Shown here piece after piece: positions 54,609 through 62,583 of a DNA stretch of 64,000 nt. Positions within the stretch are counted from its first letter, which is position 1, and each line of letters begins with the position of its first letter. The notes below the pieces were generated by a model. That model was not told where the DNA came from and did no database searches. It was given only the letters and a program-made list of their open reading frames with translations. This stretch comes from a virus. The stretch lies in the IMG/VR virus record IMGVR_UViG_3300018080_000105, positions 120,022 to 184,021 of that record; one strand, 5' to 3'. The position numbers and the translations under genes are program-made.

Positions 54609-55733
54609 CTAGTCTACGAAACCTTTCGCGACAGGCAGGAAAGGAACAGGCGTATCTGTCGAAGTCATCGTTTGATACTTCACAGTCAACCGCTTCCCTA
54701 TGTAATCCTGGTGGTTATCCCAGAAATGTCGCTTCTGCGCGTGTGTACCGGGAGAGGTAACCTCGAACTTGTGCCCGGCATCGGTCACGCATTCAAAGAT
54801 CGCCATACCGACAGCGCCACCACGACCCTCGCGGCATCCCACCACGGGAAACTCGGCATCTACAAAAGTCTTCATCTTCAGCAGGTCCGTTGACCGATCA
54901 CCGGGACGGTAACCTGTACGGCCGTGACGAAGCATTGCACCTTCATAGCTGTTATCCAGACACTGCGCCTGAAATGCGACAGCTTCGTCGAGTGACGCCG
55001 CCGGGACAGTTTTGGCTAATTGAACGTGTGTACTGCCCTGCGCGTACATGCCCCATTGCAGCCGGTCGAAGCGTTCAACGAACGGCCGCTCAGTGTCGTT
55101 GATGTCGTACAGCATGAAACATAGATCTGCAGAACCTGCCTGCTTCTTCCGCACCAACGATCCAATTTTATTCAAGGGTTTGCCGTGGATATACAGCTCG
55201 CCATCCAGAATCATCCCGGCATCCATAACTGGAAACAGCTGTTCCTTGATGTGATCGCAACTCACGATCTCTTCACCTTTACGGCTGAACAGCTTGATGT
55301 CCATACTGTCGCTAGCAATCGCCAAGCACCGGTGGCCATCAAACTTAGGCTGCACACGGATGTAGTCCGCGTCATTCCAGTCGACTTGGTTGGCGTAGTC
55401 TTCGTACTTGTGGGCCAGCATAGGGGCCAGTGCCTTTTTGGCGTCTGACTCCTCTACTGTCAGCCCGTACTGTTTGCGGTCACGCTGCTTGGTATGCTTG
55501 GCCGTCGCTTCGGCATAAGCCTGCTCCAACGCTGTGGTCGCATTTTTTTTGCCGGTGTTTTTGCCTTCTTTGATGTGATCTCGCGTGACCTGTTTCTTCC
55601 CGCCCTGTTTCCCGTGCTCCACGACGATGACACCGGTCCCGTCGGGTTGCGCTTCAACCCAGATCCGCCATTCCTGTACGGAACCATTTGAAGCGCGTTT
55701 GAACAGAGTGGGGTGTTCAACTGTCTTTGTCAT
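54609..55733 (-). CDS. ATP-dependent DNA ligase
   Basis: Motif I VQPKFDGHRC, III ILDGELY, IIIa FMLYD, IV YEGAMLR, V LLKMK, OB domain LTVKYQ; ATG at 55733 with a GGAGG SD. Confidence 0.95.
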   Translation of the reverse strand: MTKTVEHPTLFKRASNGSVQEWRIWVEAQPDGTGVIVVEHGKQGGKKQVTRDHIKEGKNTGKKNATTALEQAYAEATAKHTKQRDRKQYGLTVEESDAKKALAPMLAHKYEDYANQVDWNDADYIRVQPKFDGHRCLAIASDSMDIKLFSRKGEEIVSCDHIKEQLFPVMDAGMILDGELYIHGKPLNKIGSLVRKKQAGSADLCFMLYDINDTERPFVERFDRLQWGMYAQGSTHVQLAKTVPAASLDEAVAFQAQCLDNSYEGAMLRHGRTGYRPGDRSTDLLKMKTFVDAEFPVVGCREGRGGAVGMAIFECVTDAGHKFEVTSPGTHAQKRHFWDNHQDYIGKRLTVKYQTMTSTDTPVPFLPVAKGFVD

Positions 55734-55746
55734 CAATCCTCCAGTG

Positions 55747-56094
55747 TCAAGCAGAGACGGGTGTATTGATCGGCGTGAACTCGCCATGCTGGCTGAGTCT
55801 CGCATACGCGTTCTCGTTCTTCAACGCGTCATCCAGGGTCCGAAAGAAGTGGTGTCCCTGATACTTGTCCGTGTCATCTTTCGCGGCACGTACCCAGCCT
55901 CGGGCACATTCCCACACATGATCGCGGCCTTTGAAGAAGCTGCAGTGGCCGAAACCACGGCGGTCGTCGGGTAGGCAGGTCCAGCCGAGGTCTTCGGCAA
56001 GATCGTTTTCCTCGGCCAGCCTGCTGAGCATACGGCTTTTATGGGGTTCGGCCCAATTGGCGAGGAAGGTTTCTGTTCGTGTTCTCCAGCTCAT
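55747..56094 (-). CDS. hypothetical protein
   Basis: ATG at 56094 (MSWRTRT). Confidence 0.65.
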   Translation of the reverse strand: MSWRTRTETFLANWAEPHKSRMLSRLAEENDLAEDLGWTCLPDDRRGFGHCSFFKGRDHVWECARGWVRAAKDDTDKYQGHHFFRTLDDALKNENAYARLSQHGEFTPINTPVSA

Positions 56095-56098
56095 TCTC

Positions 56099-56653
56099 TT
56101 ATCCTGTTTCTTCATCTGTTGGTGCTGCGGCGGAAGAACTTCCGTCCAGCATCGTAACTTCTGCAATTGGCGGCGTTTCATTACGAATGCCCGCTAACTC
56201 GTACACGTCGACCCACGTAGCTTCACACGACAGGCATTCGCTCTGCTGTGTAACTTCTCCGTTAAAGTCTGATTGATAGACACTTGTGTGCAAGTCGTCC
56301 GATCCGCAGAACGGGCAACGCACACCATGCGTCAAAAGGTATTGTTGTCGATCCGCTGACGTCAGCGTGTTCAATGCTCCGCGGCGTAGCGAAAAGGTGT
56401 AATCATCTTCGCCTTCAAACAGAAAGTCCTGCTCCAGGTCAATTTCTGAGTCATGCAGCTCCAGCACGATCTCCCCGTGCTGATCCCGCAGCGTGGCGAT
56501 CATCTTGGCCTCCTCACGATCGATGCGCACGCCCGCTGTGTAACTGTTGTCGTATGTAACCGTGATCTCCTGATCGCAGTCATCGCCATCGCCTCGAATC
56601 ATTTGATTCAGGATTGTCCCGGACACGATCCGCGTCTTCTGGAATCTCGACAT
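56099..56653 (-). CDS. hypothetical protein with C-terminal Zn ribbon
   Basis: ATG at 56653 with a GGAG SD; CPFCGS...CLSC. Confidence 0.7.
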   Translation of the reverse strand: MSRFQKTRIVSGTILNQMIRGDGDDCDQEITVTYDNSYTAGVRIDREEAKMIATLRDQHGEIVLELHDSEIDLEQDFLFEGEDDYTFSLRRGALNTLTSADRQQYLLTHGVRCPFCGSDDLHTSVYQSDFNGEVTQQSECLSCEATWVDVYELAGIRNETPPIAEVTMLDGSSSAAAPTDEETG

Positions 56654-56655
56654 TT

Positions 56656-57666
56656 CTACTCCATATCGATAAGACGTCGCTGTGATGTCGATGACCCCGC
56701 TGGATACAGCGTGGCTTTGATCCAATCGTTTGGATCTGGTTCTGGAACGCACTCCCGCTTTACAGCACGAGCCGCCAGGTACCCCATCACATTTGCGGGT
56801 ATTACTGTCTCAGTGCCGAGATCATCATTTTGCCAGATCTCCCGCCACTTTTTGTTGTTCGTAATGTACACCTCACGACCACGACAGCCGACAAGTTTCA
56901 ATAGCTCACGTTGCACTTCTGTGAGTGTGGGATTCGCACGCAGAACGCGCTTAAACGCTTTCAGTTCTTCACGACTGGAAATCGATTGAAACATCTTGAA
57001 GAGCGCTTCACGAGGAACCATCCGCATGTCCACTGTGGTGTGGTTGTTGATTCCCCACATCCTTCCGGGCATGACGAGTCGGCGCGACCAGAACCGTAAT
57101 TCAGCTACAATTTTGTTGCTGTTTGCCTGGTCCCAGTCCCCCTCGCGTAACTCCCGCAAGATGTTATCACTGATGTCTGTAGCGTTCATCGTGATGTAGT
57201 CGTACAACCTCATGGGCGGCGTAGTGTGTGTTGCTACGCTTTTTTCGTACTGATAGTGATCGAGGCCGAGTTCTTCAGGTTCTGGCAGTGTGCGCATCAA
57301 TGATTCGTACTCGGCTTCCAGCTGTTCCGCCAATCGCAGTTTGTCTGCTCCGGGGTGTACGGAATCCATCTGCATAATACGGTCGCCACACCACGCACCG
57401 GCAGAACGGGGCCGGACCACGTAATGTTGCAAAAGACCGCTGCCGACTTTTTCCCATTCCAAGTAGTGACGCTTTTCCGGAGTAGGCGGCTTTCTTCGCG
57501 TTCGCGCCAAACAACCATAGGCGTTACTGAGCAGTAGCTGGGAGGCCAACTGATATTTGTTGATAGGGCCAGAAACAGCCGGTGGCTGTCCTTGGGCGCC
57601 CATCGCCAGCGACGAGATGTACTCCATCCTGTCCAGGTTGACGAGTAATACCGGGCCGTCAGACAT
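56656..57666 (-). CDS. hypothetical protein
   Basis: 336-aa ORF; no recognised motif. Confidence 0.8.
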   Translation of the reverse strand: MSDGPVLLVNLDRMEYISSLAMGAQGQPPAVSGPINKYQLASQLLLSNAYGCLARTRRKPPTPEKRHYLEWEKVGSGLLQHYVVRPRSAGAWCGDRIMQMDSVHPGADKLRLAEQLEAEYESLMRTLPEPEELGLDHYQYEKSVATHTTPPMRLYDYITMNATDISDNILRELREGDWDQANSNKIVAELRFWSRRLVMPGRMWGINNHTTVDMRMVPREALFKMFQSISSREELKAFKRVLRANPTLTEVQRELLKLVGCRGREVYITNNKKWREIWQNDDLGTETVIPANVMGYLAARAVKRECVPEPDPNDWIKATLYPAGSSTSQRRLIDME

Positions 57667-58339
57667 TAGACTGCGGGTTCAACGCATGAGGATCAAGCGG
57701 TTGTCCGGTTTCCGGATCGTAAAATCGCAGATTGTCAATTGCGTTGGCGGCCCGCGTCGCGTGGTTGTCGCCTTCCACTTCGGCAGGGTCGTTTGCCCGC
57801 ATAATGGCACCGCGAGACAACCCCGCAATTAGATCGGCGGCCCAGTTGAGCTCCGTTGTCTGCCGAGGCGCCCAGTGGAACTGGCAGTGATAACCGTTCC
57901 GCCGCAGTTCTTTCATCGCTGCCCAGATCGCAAACTGTTTGCGCGGGACGTCCTGAGTCGGCCCCATGGCCCGGTTGCCCCAAGTGGCGATGGTCTGTGA
58001 GTCGGTCAGCACATGGACCTGTAGGTGTCCGCGTGTGCGAAGCCGTTCTTTGCCGTGCTGGTTGTCGTACCAAGTAAGGGCCTGAATGTAGGGCATGGAC
58101 TCTGCGAAGTTCACAGACCCACAATCCATCGCCCCGTAGAAGAAGCGACGAATCGGTATCGGTTGGTTGGTGATCAGTGTCGCGGCCCAGCCGCACGCTC
58201 CGTCCCAACCACTACCGGAACCGTCGCCTACCAAGAGCACGTCCCATTGTGGGTTCTGCATCTTGGCGAGAACAGTGTCAAGCGTCCGGTGATCCTGTTG
58301 CGGGGCTGGTTCCCGTGTCTGTGCTGTCGGGTGCTCCAT
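57659..58339 (-). CDS. RNase HI-like protein
   Basis: LLVGDGSG (D), NFAESM (E), VHVLTDSQ (D), WAPR...NWAADLIA (D): RNase HI catalytic layout. Confidence 0.8.
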   Translation of the reverse strand: MEHPTAQTREPAPQQDHRTLDTVLAKMQNPQWDVLLVGDGSGSGWDGACGWAATLITNQPIPIRRFFYGAMDCGSVNFAESMPYIQALTWYDNQHGKERLRTRGHLQVHVLTDSQTIATWGNRAMGPTQDVPRKQFAIWAAMKELRRNGYHCQFHWAPRQTTELNWAADLIAGLSRGAIMRANDPAEVEGDNHATRAANAIDNLRFYDPETGQPLDPHALNPQSNV

Positions 58340-58688
58340 TTGTGCCTTCTTTCTTTTGAGCCTCCAACTGGGCCAGTGCCTGCGATTGCTTTGCCATGTA
58401 GTCATCGACTTCGCGAAGCATGTTGGTTGCCATGTTGTAAATCAGTCCCAGCGATCGTACGACCTGTTGCCCAGTGTTGACCAATTCAGCCGGGCGTACT
58501 GATCCACGCAGCTCGTCGCGAATACCCAGGAACATTGGCGGGAACTTGTTGTTCAGTTCGCCGTAGTTGGGGATGATCGCGACTGATTGCAGTTCGGGAA
58601 TAGTGTCCAGCAGGTCGTCGGCAAACACTGTCGCCATGGCCTGCACTTCTTCGTTAAAAGGTCGCCGTTTCTGAGTCGTTTCCGACAT
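58278..58688 (-). CDS. hypothetical protein
   Basis: 136 aa, coiled-coil-like C-terminal half. Confidence 0.7.
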   Translation of the reverse strand: MSETTQKRRPFNEEVQAMATVFADDLLDTIPELQSVAIIPNYGELNNKFPPMFLGIRDELRGSVRPAELVNTGQQVVRSLGLIYNMATNMLREVDDYMAKQSQALAQLEAQKKEGTNGAPDSTDTGTSPATGSPDA

Positions 58689-59076
58689 TGAATATCCTGT
58701 CCGTAAAAGTCATGCACTGTGTGGCGGCCAGCGAGTACGCTGGCATCTTCAGCAAGAAGACCACCCAGGGCGTTTCAACAAACAACGCCGGAATAAAGCA
58801 GGTCACCATGACCATCCACGGCGTGTGGTGGGAAAAGCAGAAAGGACAACTGACCAGCTCCGCGAGCAGCCGCGGGCAGTAGCGATCAGCCAGTCGCATC
58901 CACAGAGGCAAAGGATCTTCCTCTGCATTTTCCGGGATGTGGTCCTCCTCGGGCAGCTCATCGTCCAGATCCTGGAAGAATGCCCGCGGTGTTGCGAAGA
59001 TCGAACCCTCGAACCAAACGGTATGTACGGCTTTGGCAGCCAGTACCATCACAATGAAGTCAAACCAGTTCATCAT
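58654..59076 (-). CDS. DUF1360-like membrane protein
   Basis: Hydrophobic N- and C-terminal helices and LAELVSCPFCFSHH (cf. L.ELL.CP.C..VW). Confidence 0.65.
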   Translation of the reverse strand: MMNWFDFIVMVLAAKAVHTVWFEGSIFATPRAFFQDLDDELPEEDHIPENAEEDPLPLWMRLADRYCPRLLAELVSCPFCFSHHTPWMVMVTCFIPALFVETPWVVFLLKMPAYSLAATQCMTFTDRIFNVGNDSETATF

Positions 59077-59124
59077 CTTCTCTGCAAAAAAGGTGCCCGG
59101 GGCAAAGCGCCCCGGACCACAGTA

Positions 59125-59268
59125 TTACGCCCCGTTCCAGCTGTTTAACATCTTGATGCCCAGGGCAGCCATGCCGAGAGCACTGAGCGGTATGATTAGT
59201 CCCAGGGCCGGAATAGTGGCCAAAGTCCCAATCACCAGCAGAGGAGGCAGTACCACATTGGGAGCCAT
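59125..59268 (-). CDS. small hydrophobic membrane peptide (47 aa)
   Basis: AGGAG SD, then MAPNVVLPPLLVIGTLATIPALGLIIPLSALGMAALGIKMLNSWNGA. Below the ORF-track cutoff. Confidence 0.65.
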   Translation of the reverse strand: MAPNVVLPPLLVIGTLATIPALGLIIPLSALGMAALGIKMLNSWNGA

Positions 59269-59284
59269 CCCAAGTCTCCTTGTA

Positions 59285-59524
59285 TCAACCCAGGATCTCT
59301 TCCTCGCCGTAAGGCCAGGATTTCGTCAATCCAGAGTCAGGTTCGTGACCTCGCTCGCGAAGAGCTACGGCCGCAATCGGATAAGGAGGCGAAAGAGGTA
59401 ACTGCCTAGCGCGGTTACGCTCCAAATCTGACCGGGGCGAAGGGAGCCGCCGCGTGGTTCTACCAGCGGAGACCCTTCGTTCCTGGAAAAGTTTCGCACT
59501 CCGACTCAATGAGGGTGTAGCCAT
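59285..59524 (-). CDS. putative small hypothetical protein
   Basis: 79 aa; its stop directly precedes the SD of 59125-59268. Confidence 0.4.
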   Translation of the reverse strand: MATPSLSRSAKLFQERRVSAGRTTRRLPSPRSDLERNRARQLPLSPPYPIAAVALRERGHEPDSGLTKSWPYGEEEILG

Positions 59525-59547
59525 ACCTGTTCTCTGGTTGAGTTTCA

Positions 59548-61515
59548 GTGATTGGGCTGGCTATCATACTCCCTCACGACGCCGGCGGGAAGATCCCGCT
59601 GGTGTTTCCTGAAGCCAAGGTGGGCAGTATGGTTGCGAAGTTGTCGATGCCGGAACTGGCGAAGACGGTCGATATGATCGTCGCGCCGCAAATTGCAGGA
59701 CGCCGGCAGTCCAAGCTGGACAGGCTCGTGTATCTCCGGAAACTCGCAGAGTCCGGAGCCATTCATACACTGGAGCCATTCCTTCCGCTGTGCCTGACGC
59801 TGCAGGGAAAACCCTACGAGCTGTCAGACCACTTCCCGTTCAGCCCTGTCTTCAAAACGATGATGCCAAGCACGCTCGTGCTGAAGACTGGCCGACAGGT
59901 ATCCAAATCCACCTCCCTGGCTTCGCACGGGGTGATGTTGGCGAATTGCATTCCCCACTTTCGTACGCTGTACGTCATGCCGCTCTATGAGCAGGTCCGA
60001 CGTTTCTCAAACAACTATGTGCGGCCTTTCATCGACAGATCGCCGATCAAGACCCTATGGTCGGGGACCAGCACAGAGAACTCCGTGCTGCAGCGATCGT
60101 TCAAGAACCTGTCGATCATGCTGTTCTCGTTCGCCCTGCTGGACGCCGACCGCGTCCGCGGTATCTCGGCCGACAAGGTGGCCATCGACGAAGTCCAGGA
60201 CATGGACCCGGACCACATCCCGATTATTCGCGAAGTGATGTCACACAGTCAGTACGGGCTGTTTCAATTTACTGGAACACCCAAATCACTGGACAACCCG
60301 CTTGAAGGGCTGTGGCGACGAAGCAGCCAGGCTGAGTGGTTCATCCCTTGCTTCAGTTGCGGTGAGTGGAACATTCCGACGTTGGAATTTCACTTGGATG
60401 AAATGGTCGGACCATACCATGACGACATTTCGGAGCGTTGTCCTGGCGTTGTGTGTCACAAATGCCAGAGACCAATCTTTCCGCGACAAGGACACTGGGT
60501 CCATCGGTATCCGCAACGGCGGTGGCAGATGGCGGGCTATCATGTGCCGCAGATCATCATGCCACTGCACTACGGCAAACCTGAAAAATGGCGAGAGCTG
60601 TTAGCCAAGCGAGAAGGCTGGGGCAACACCACGCAGGCCACGTTCTACAACGAAGTGATGGGTGAGTCTGTCGACGCGGGACAGAAGCTGATCACCGAAA
60701 CCGAATTGCGGAAAGCAGCTAATCTCCCGTGGTCGAACAAACCTGACGACCCGGATCCCAAAGTGCTTCGCCAGTTGCCCGGTTACCGCATGCGGATGAT
60801 GGGCGTTGACTGGGGTGGCGGCGGCGAAGACGGTGTGTCGTTCACCACGCTGGCACTGCTGGGACTCTCCCCGTCTGGTCACGTGGATCTGTTGTGGGGT
60901 AAACGCCTCGTCCTGTCTCAGGAACATCTCAGGGAAGCACAGGAAGTGCTGTACTGGATCAAGCGATTTGGCTGTGACCTGATGGCCCACGACTACACCG
61001 GAGCCGGTGTTGTGCGAGAGACCGTGATGGTTCAGGCCGGGTTTAACCTCGATCGCGTGATGCCCATCCAGTACGTACGAGCTGCTTCTTCCAATCTGAT
61101 TCGCTACGTAGAAGCTACGCCACTTCACAACCGTGCACACTATCGGCTCGATAAGACCCGTTCATTGTTGTACACGTTCCAAGCGTTGAAGCTGAACCTG
61201 CTCCGTACTTTTGAGTACGACTACGTCAACGATGACAACCCAGGGCTGCTACATGACTTCCTGGCTCTCGTGGAAGAGAAGACAGAAAGCCGACTGGCGG
61301 GTGACATTTACACGATCACCCGCAACCCGATGCTGACTGATGACTTTGCCCAGGCAGTGAACATCGGGATCGCGGGGCTGTGGCACGCGAATGATGCTTG
61401 GCCCAACTACGCAGAAGCTGCCGCAATCGGTCGAGTAACACAGAGCCAAGTAGCCTCGTTCGGCTCCCGTGACTACGGTTGGAACGAAGACAGCGGTTTC
61501 TTCAATAATCGTTAG
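59548..61515 (+). CDS. terL: terminase large subunit, GpA-like
   Basis: LVLKTGRQVSKST (Walker A), VAIDEVQD (Walker B), TGTP (motif III), CFSC...CHKC, GYHVPQI, FYNEVMGES, nuclease MGVDWG. True start may be ATG 59629. Confidence 0.92.
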   Translation: MIGLAIILPHDAGGKIPLVFPEAKVGSMVAKLSMPELAKTVDMIVAPQIAGRRQSKLDRLVYLRKLAESGAIHTLEPFLPLCLTLQGKPYELSDHFPFSPVFKTMMPSTLVLKTGRQVSKSTSLASHGVMLANCIPHFRTLYVMPLYEQVRRFSNNYVRPFIDRSPIKTLWSGTSTENSVLQRSFKNLSIMLFSFALLDADRVRGISADKVAIDEVQDMDPDHIPIIREVMSHSQYGLFQFTGTPKSLDNPLEGLWRRSSQAEWFIPCFSCGEWNIPTLEFHLDEMVGPYHDDISERCPGVVCHKCQRPIFPRQGHWVHRYPQRRWQMAGYHVPQIIMPLHYGKPEKWRELLAKREGWGNTTQATFYNEVMGESVDAGQKLITETELRKAANLPWSNKPDDPDPKVLRQLPGYRMRMMGVDWGGGGEDGVSFTTLALLGLSPSGHVDLLWGKRLVLSQEHLREAQEVLYWIKRFGCDLMAHDYTGAGVVRETVMVQAGFNLDRVMPIQYVRAASSNLIRYVEATPLHNRAHYRLDKTRSLLYTFQALKLNLLRTFEYDYVNDDNPGLLHDFLALVEEKTESRLAGDIYTITRNPMLTDDFAQAVNIGIAGLWHANDAWPNYAEAAAIGRVTQSQVASFGSRDYGWNEDSGFFNNR

Positions 61516-61840
61516 GCCGAATCAAATCTGTGTGCAGTGCCTCGTTGGTGTGGTCGCGTGTGTGGATGATTAGGTAAACATGCTCCGGGTAGGTCCACTC
61601 GATCTTACGAAACTCTGTCACGAAGGCGTCTTTGTCGAACGGTGCCCACGTATCGCATACCCACAACTCAGTCATATTGGCGGATGAGATTTCCTTGAAG
61701 CGACTGTCCTGGTGTTCGTCCATCCAGTAAACCAACGGCTGGGCTTTTTGTACTTCTCGGCGGTAAGGGCCTTCTCCAGTGCGTGCCCGTTCCGGGTACA
61801 GATGGAACAAGTAGATATCATAAGACGTGATGGCTGTCAT
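61502..61840 (-). CDS. hypothetical protein
   Basis: ATG at 61840 with ATGA overlap; convergent with terL. Confidence 0.7.
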   Translation of the reverse strand: MTAITSYDIYLFHLYPERARTGEGPYRREVQKAQPLVYWMDEHQDSRFKEISSANMTELWVCDTWAPFDKDAFVTEFRKIEWTYPEHVYLIIHTRDHTNEALHTDLIRPNDY

Positions 61841-62310
61841 TCGCGTGTTTTCCGGTACGGAGAGCAAGTCCACGCCGTTGCGCGGTTGTACAGGCGATAG
61901 TGATCCGCCAGCTTGTCGAACAACCGATCTGCTAACCGGTCAAGATAGTATGCCGCAAAAGCCGGGGCATCATCTCGCGTCACCAGCGCAACGCCCTGGT
62001 GGTAGAACTCACCCTGTGTATCGATTGTCAGAGCTACCAGCCCATTGTACGCCACTACACCTTCGTCACGCCCTCGCTGTACATCACCTGGCGGACGTTC
62101 TCGTTGCCCCAGGAAGACGAATGAACAAGGCAGCCATTCTTCCAGTTGAGTCTGGAACAGAGCGTAAACCTCTTCAATCAAGTCGTTGCCGGCAGCGGTG
62201 GTGGTACCAGCTTCTTTATCTGCTTCGCTCGGGTCGCCTGGACCCAGCAGCTCGACGTACACATATCTGGAATCTTCCCGGTTACGCGGGCGCCAGTTAC
62301 CTCGTCCCAT
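61837..62310 (-). CDS. hypothetical protein
   Basis: 157 aa, GGAG SD. Confidence 0.7.
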   Translation of the reverse strand: MGRGNWRPRNREDSRYVYVELLGPGDPSEADKEAGTTTAAGNDLIEEVYALFQTQLEEWLPCSFVFLGQRERPPGDVQRGRDEGVVAYNGLVALTIDTQGEFYHQGVALVTRDDAPAFAAYYLDRLADRLFDKLADHYRLYNRATAWTCSPYRKTRE

Positions 62311-62376
62311 TAGTTGATCTCCATGAAAAGCGGGCCGCAGGAAACCCCGCAGCCCGCTGAGTGTGCGTCGCGATGA

Positions 62377-62583
62377 TTAGTCGTCATCATCGTCGAGGTA
62401 ATCGTCGTAGTCATCGTCATCGAGGTAATCGTCGTCGAAGTCGTCTTCGTCATCATCGTCTTCGTCATCGATGTACCCGGAAACGGAGAATTCCGGCTCG
62501 GGATCAGTTAGGAACGCGTGAGTGTCCTGAATGGTCCTTACTTCGTCGAGCCAGTGCGGCATCTCAATCTCTGCTGTCGTCAT
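62377..62583 (-). CDS. small highly acidic protein
   Basis: 68 aa ending in DDEDDDDEDDFDDDYLDDDDYDDYLDDDDD; AAGGA SD. Confidence 0.7.
   Translation of the reverse strand: MTTAEIEMPHWLDEVRTIQDTHAFLTDPEPEFSVSGYIDDEDDDDEDDFDDDYLDDDDYDDYLDDDDD

Noticed and set aside
62383-62470. TCA/TCG triplet microsatellite
   Set aside because: It is the Asp/Glu codon run of the acidic protein on the minus strand, not an independent element.
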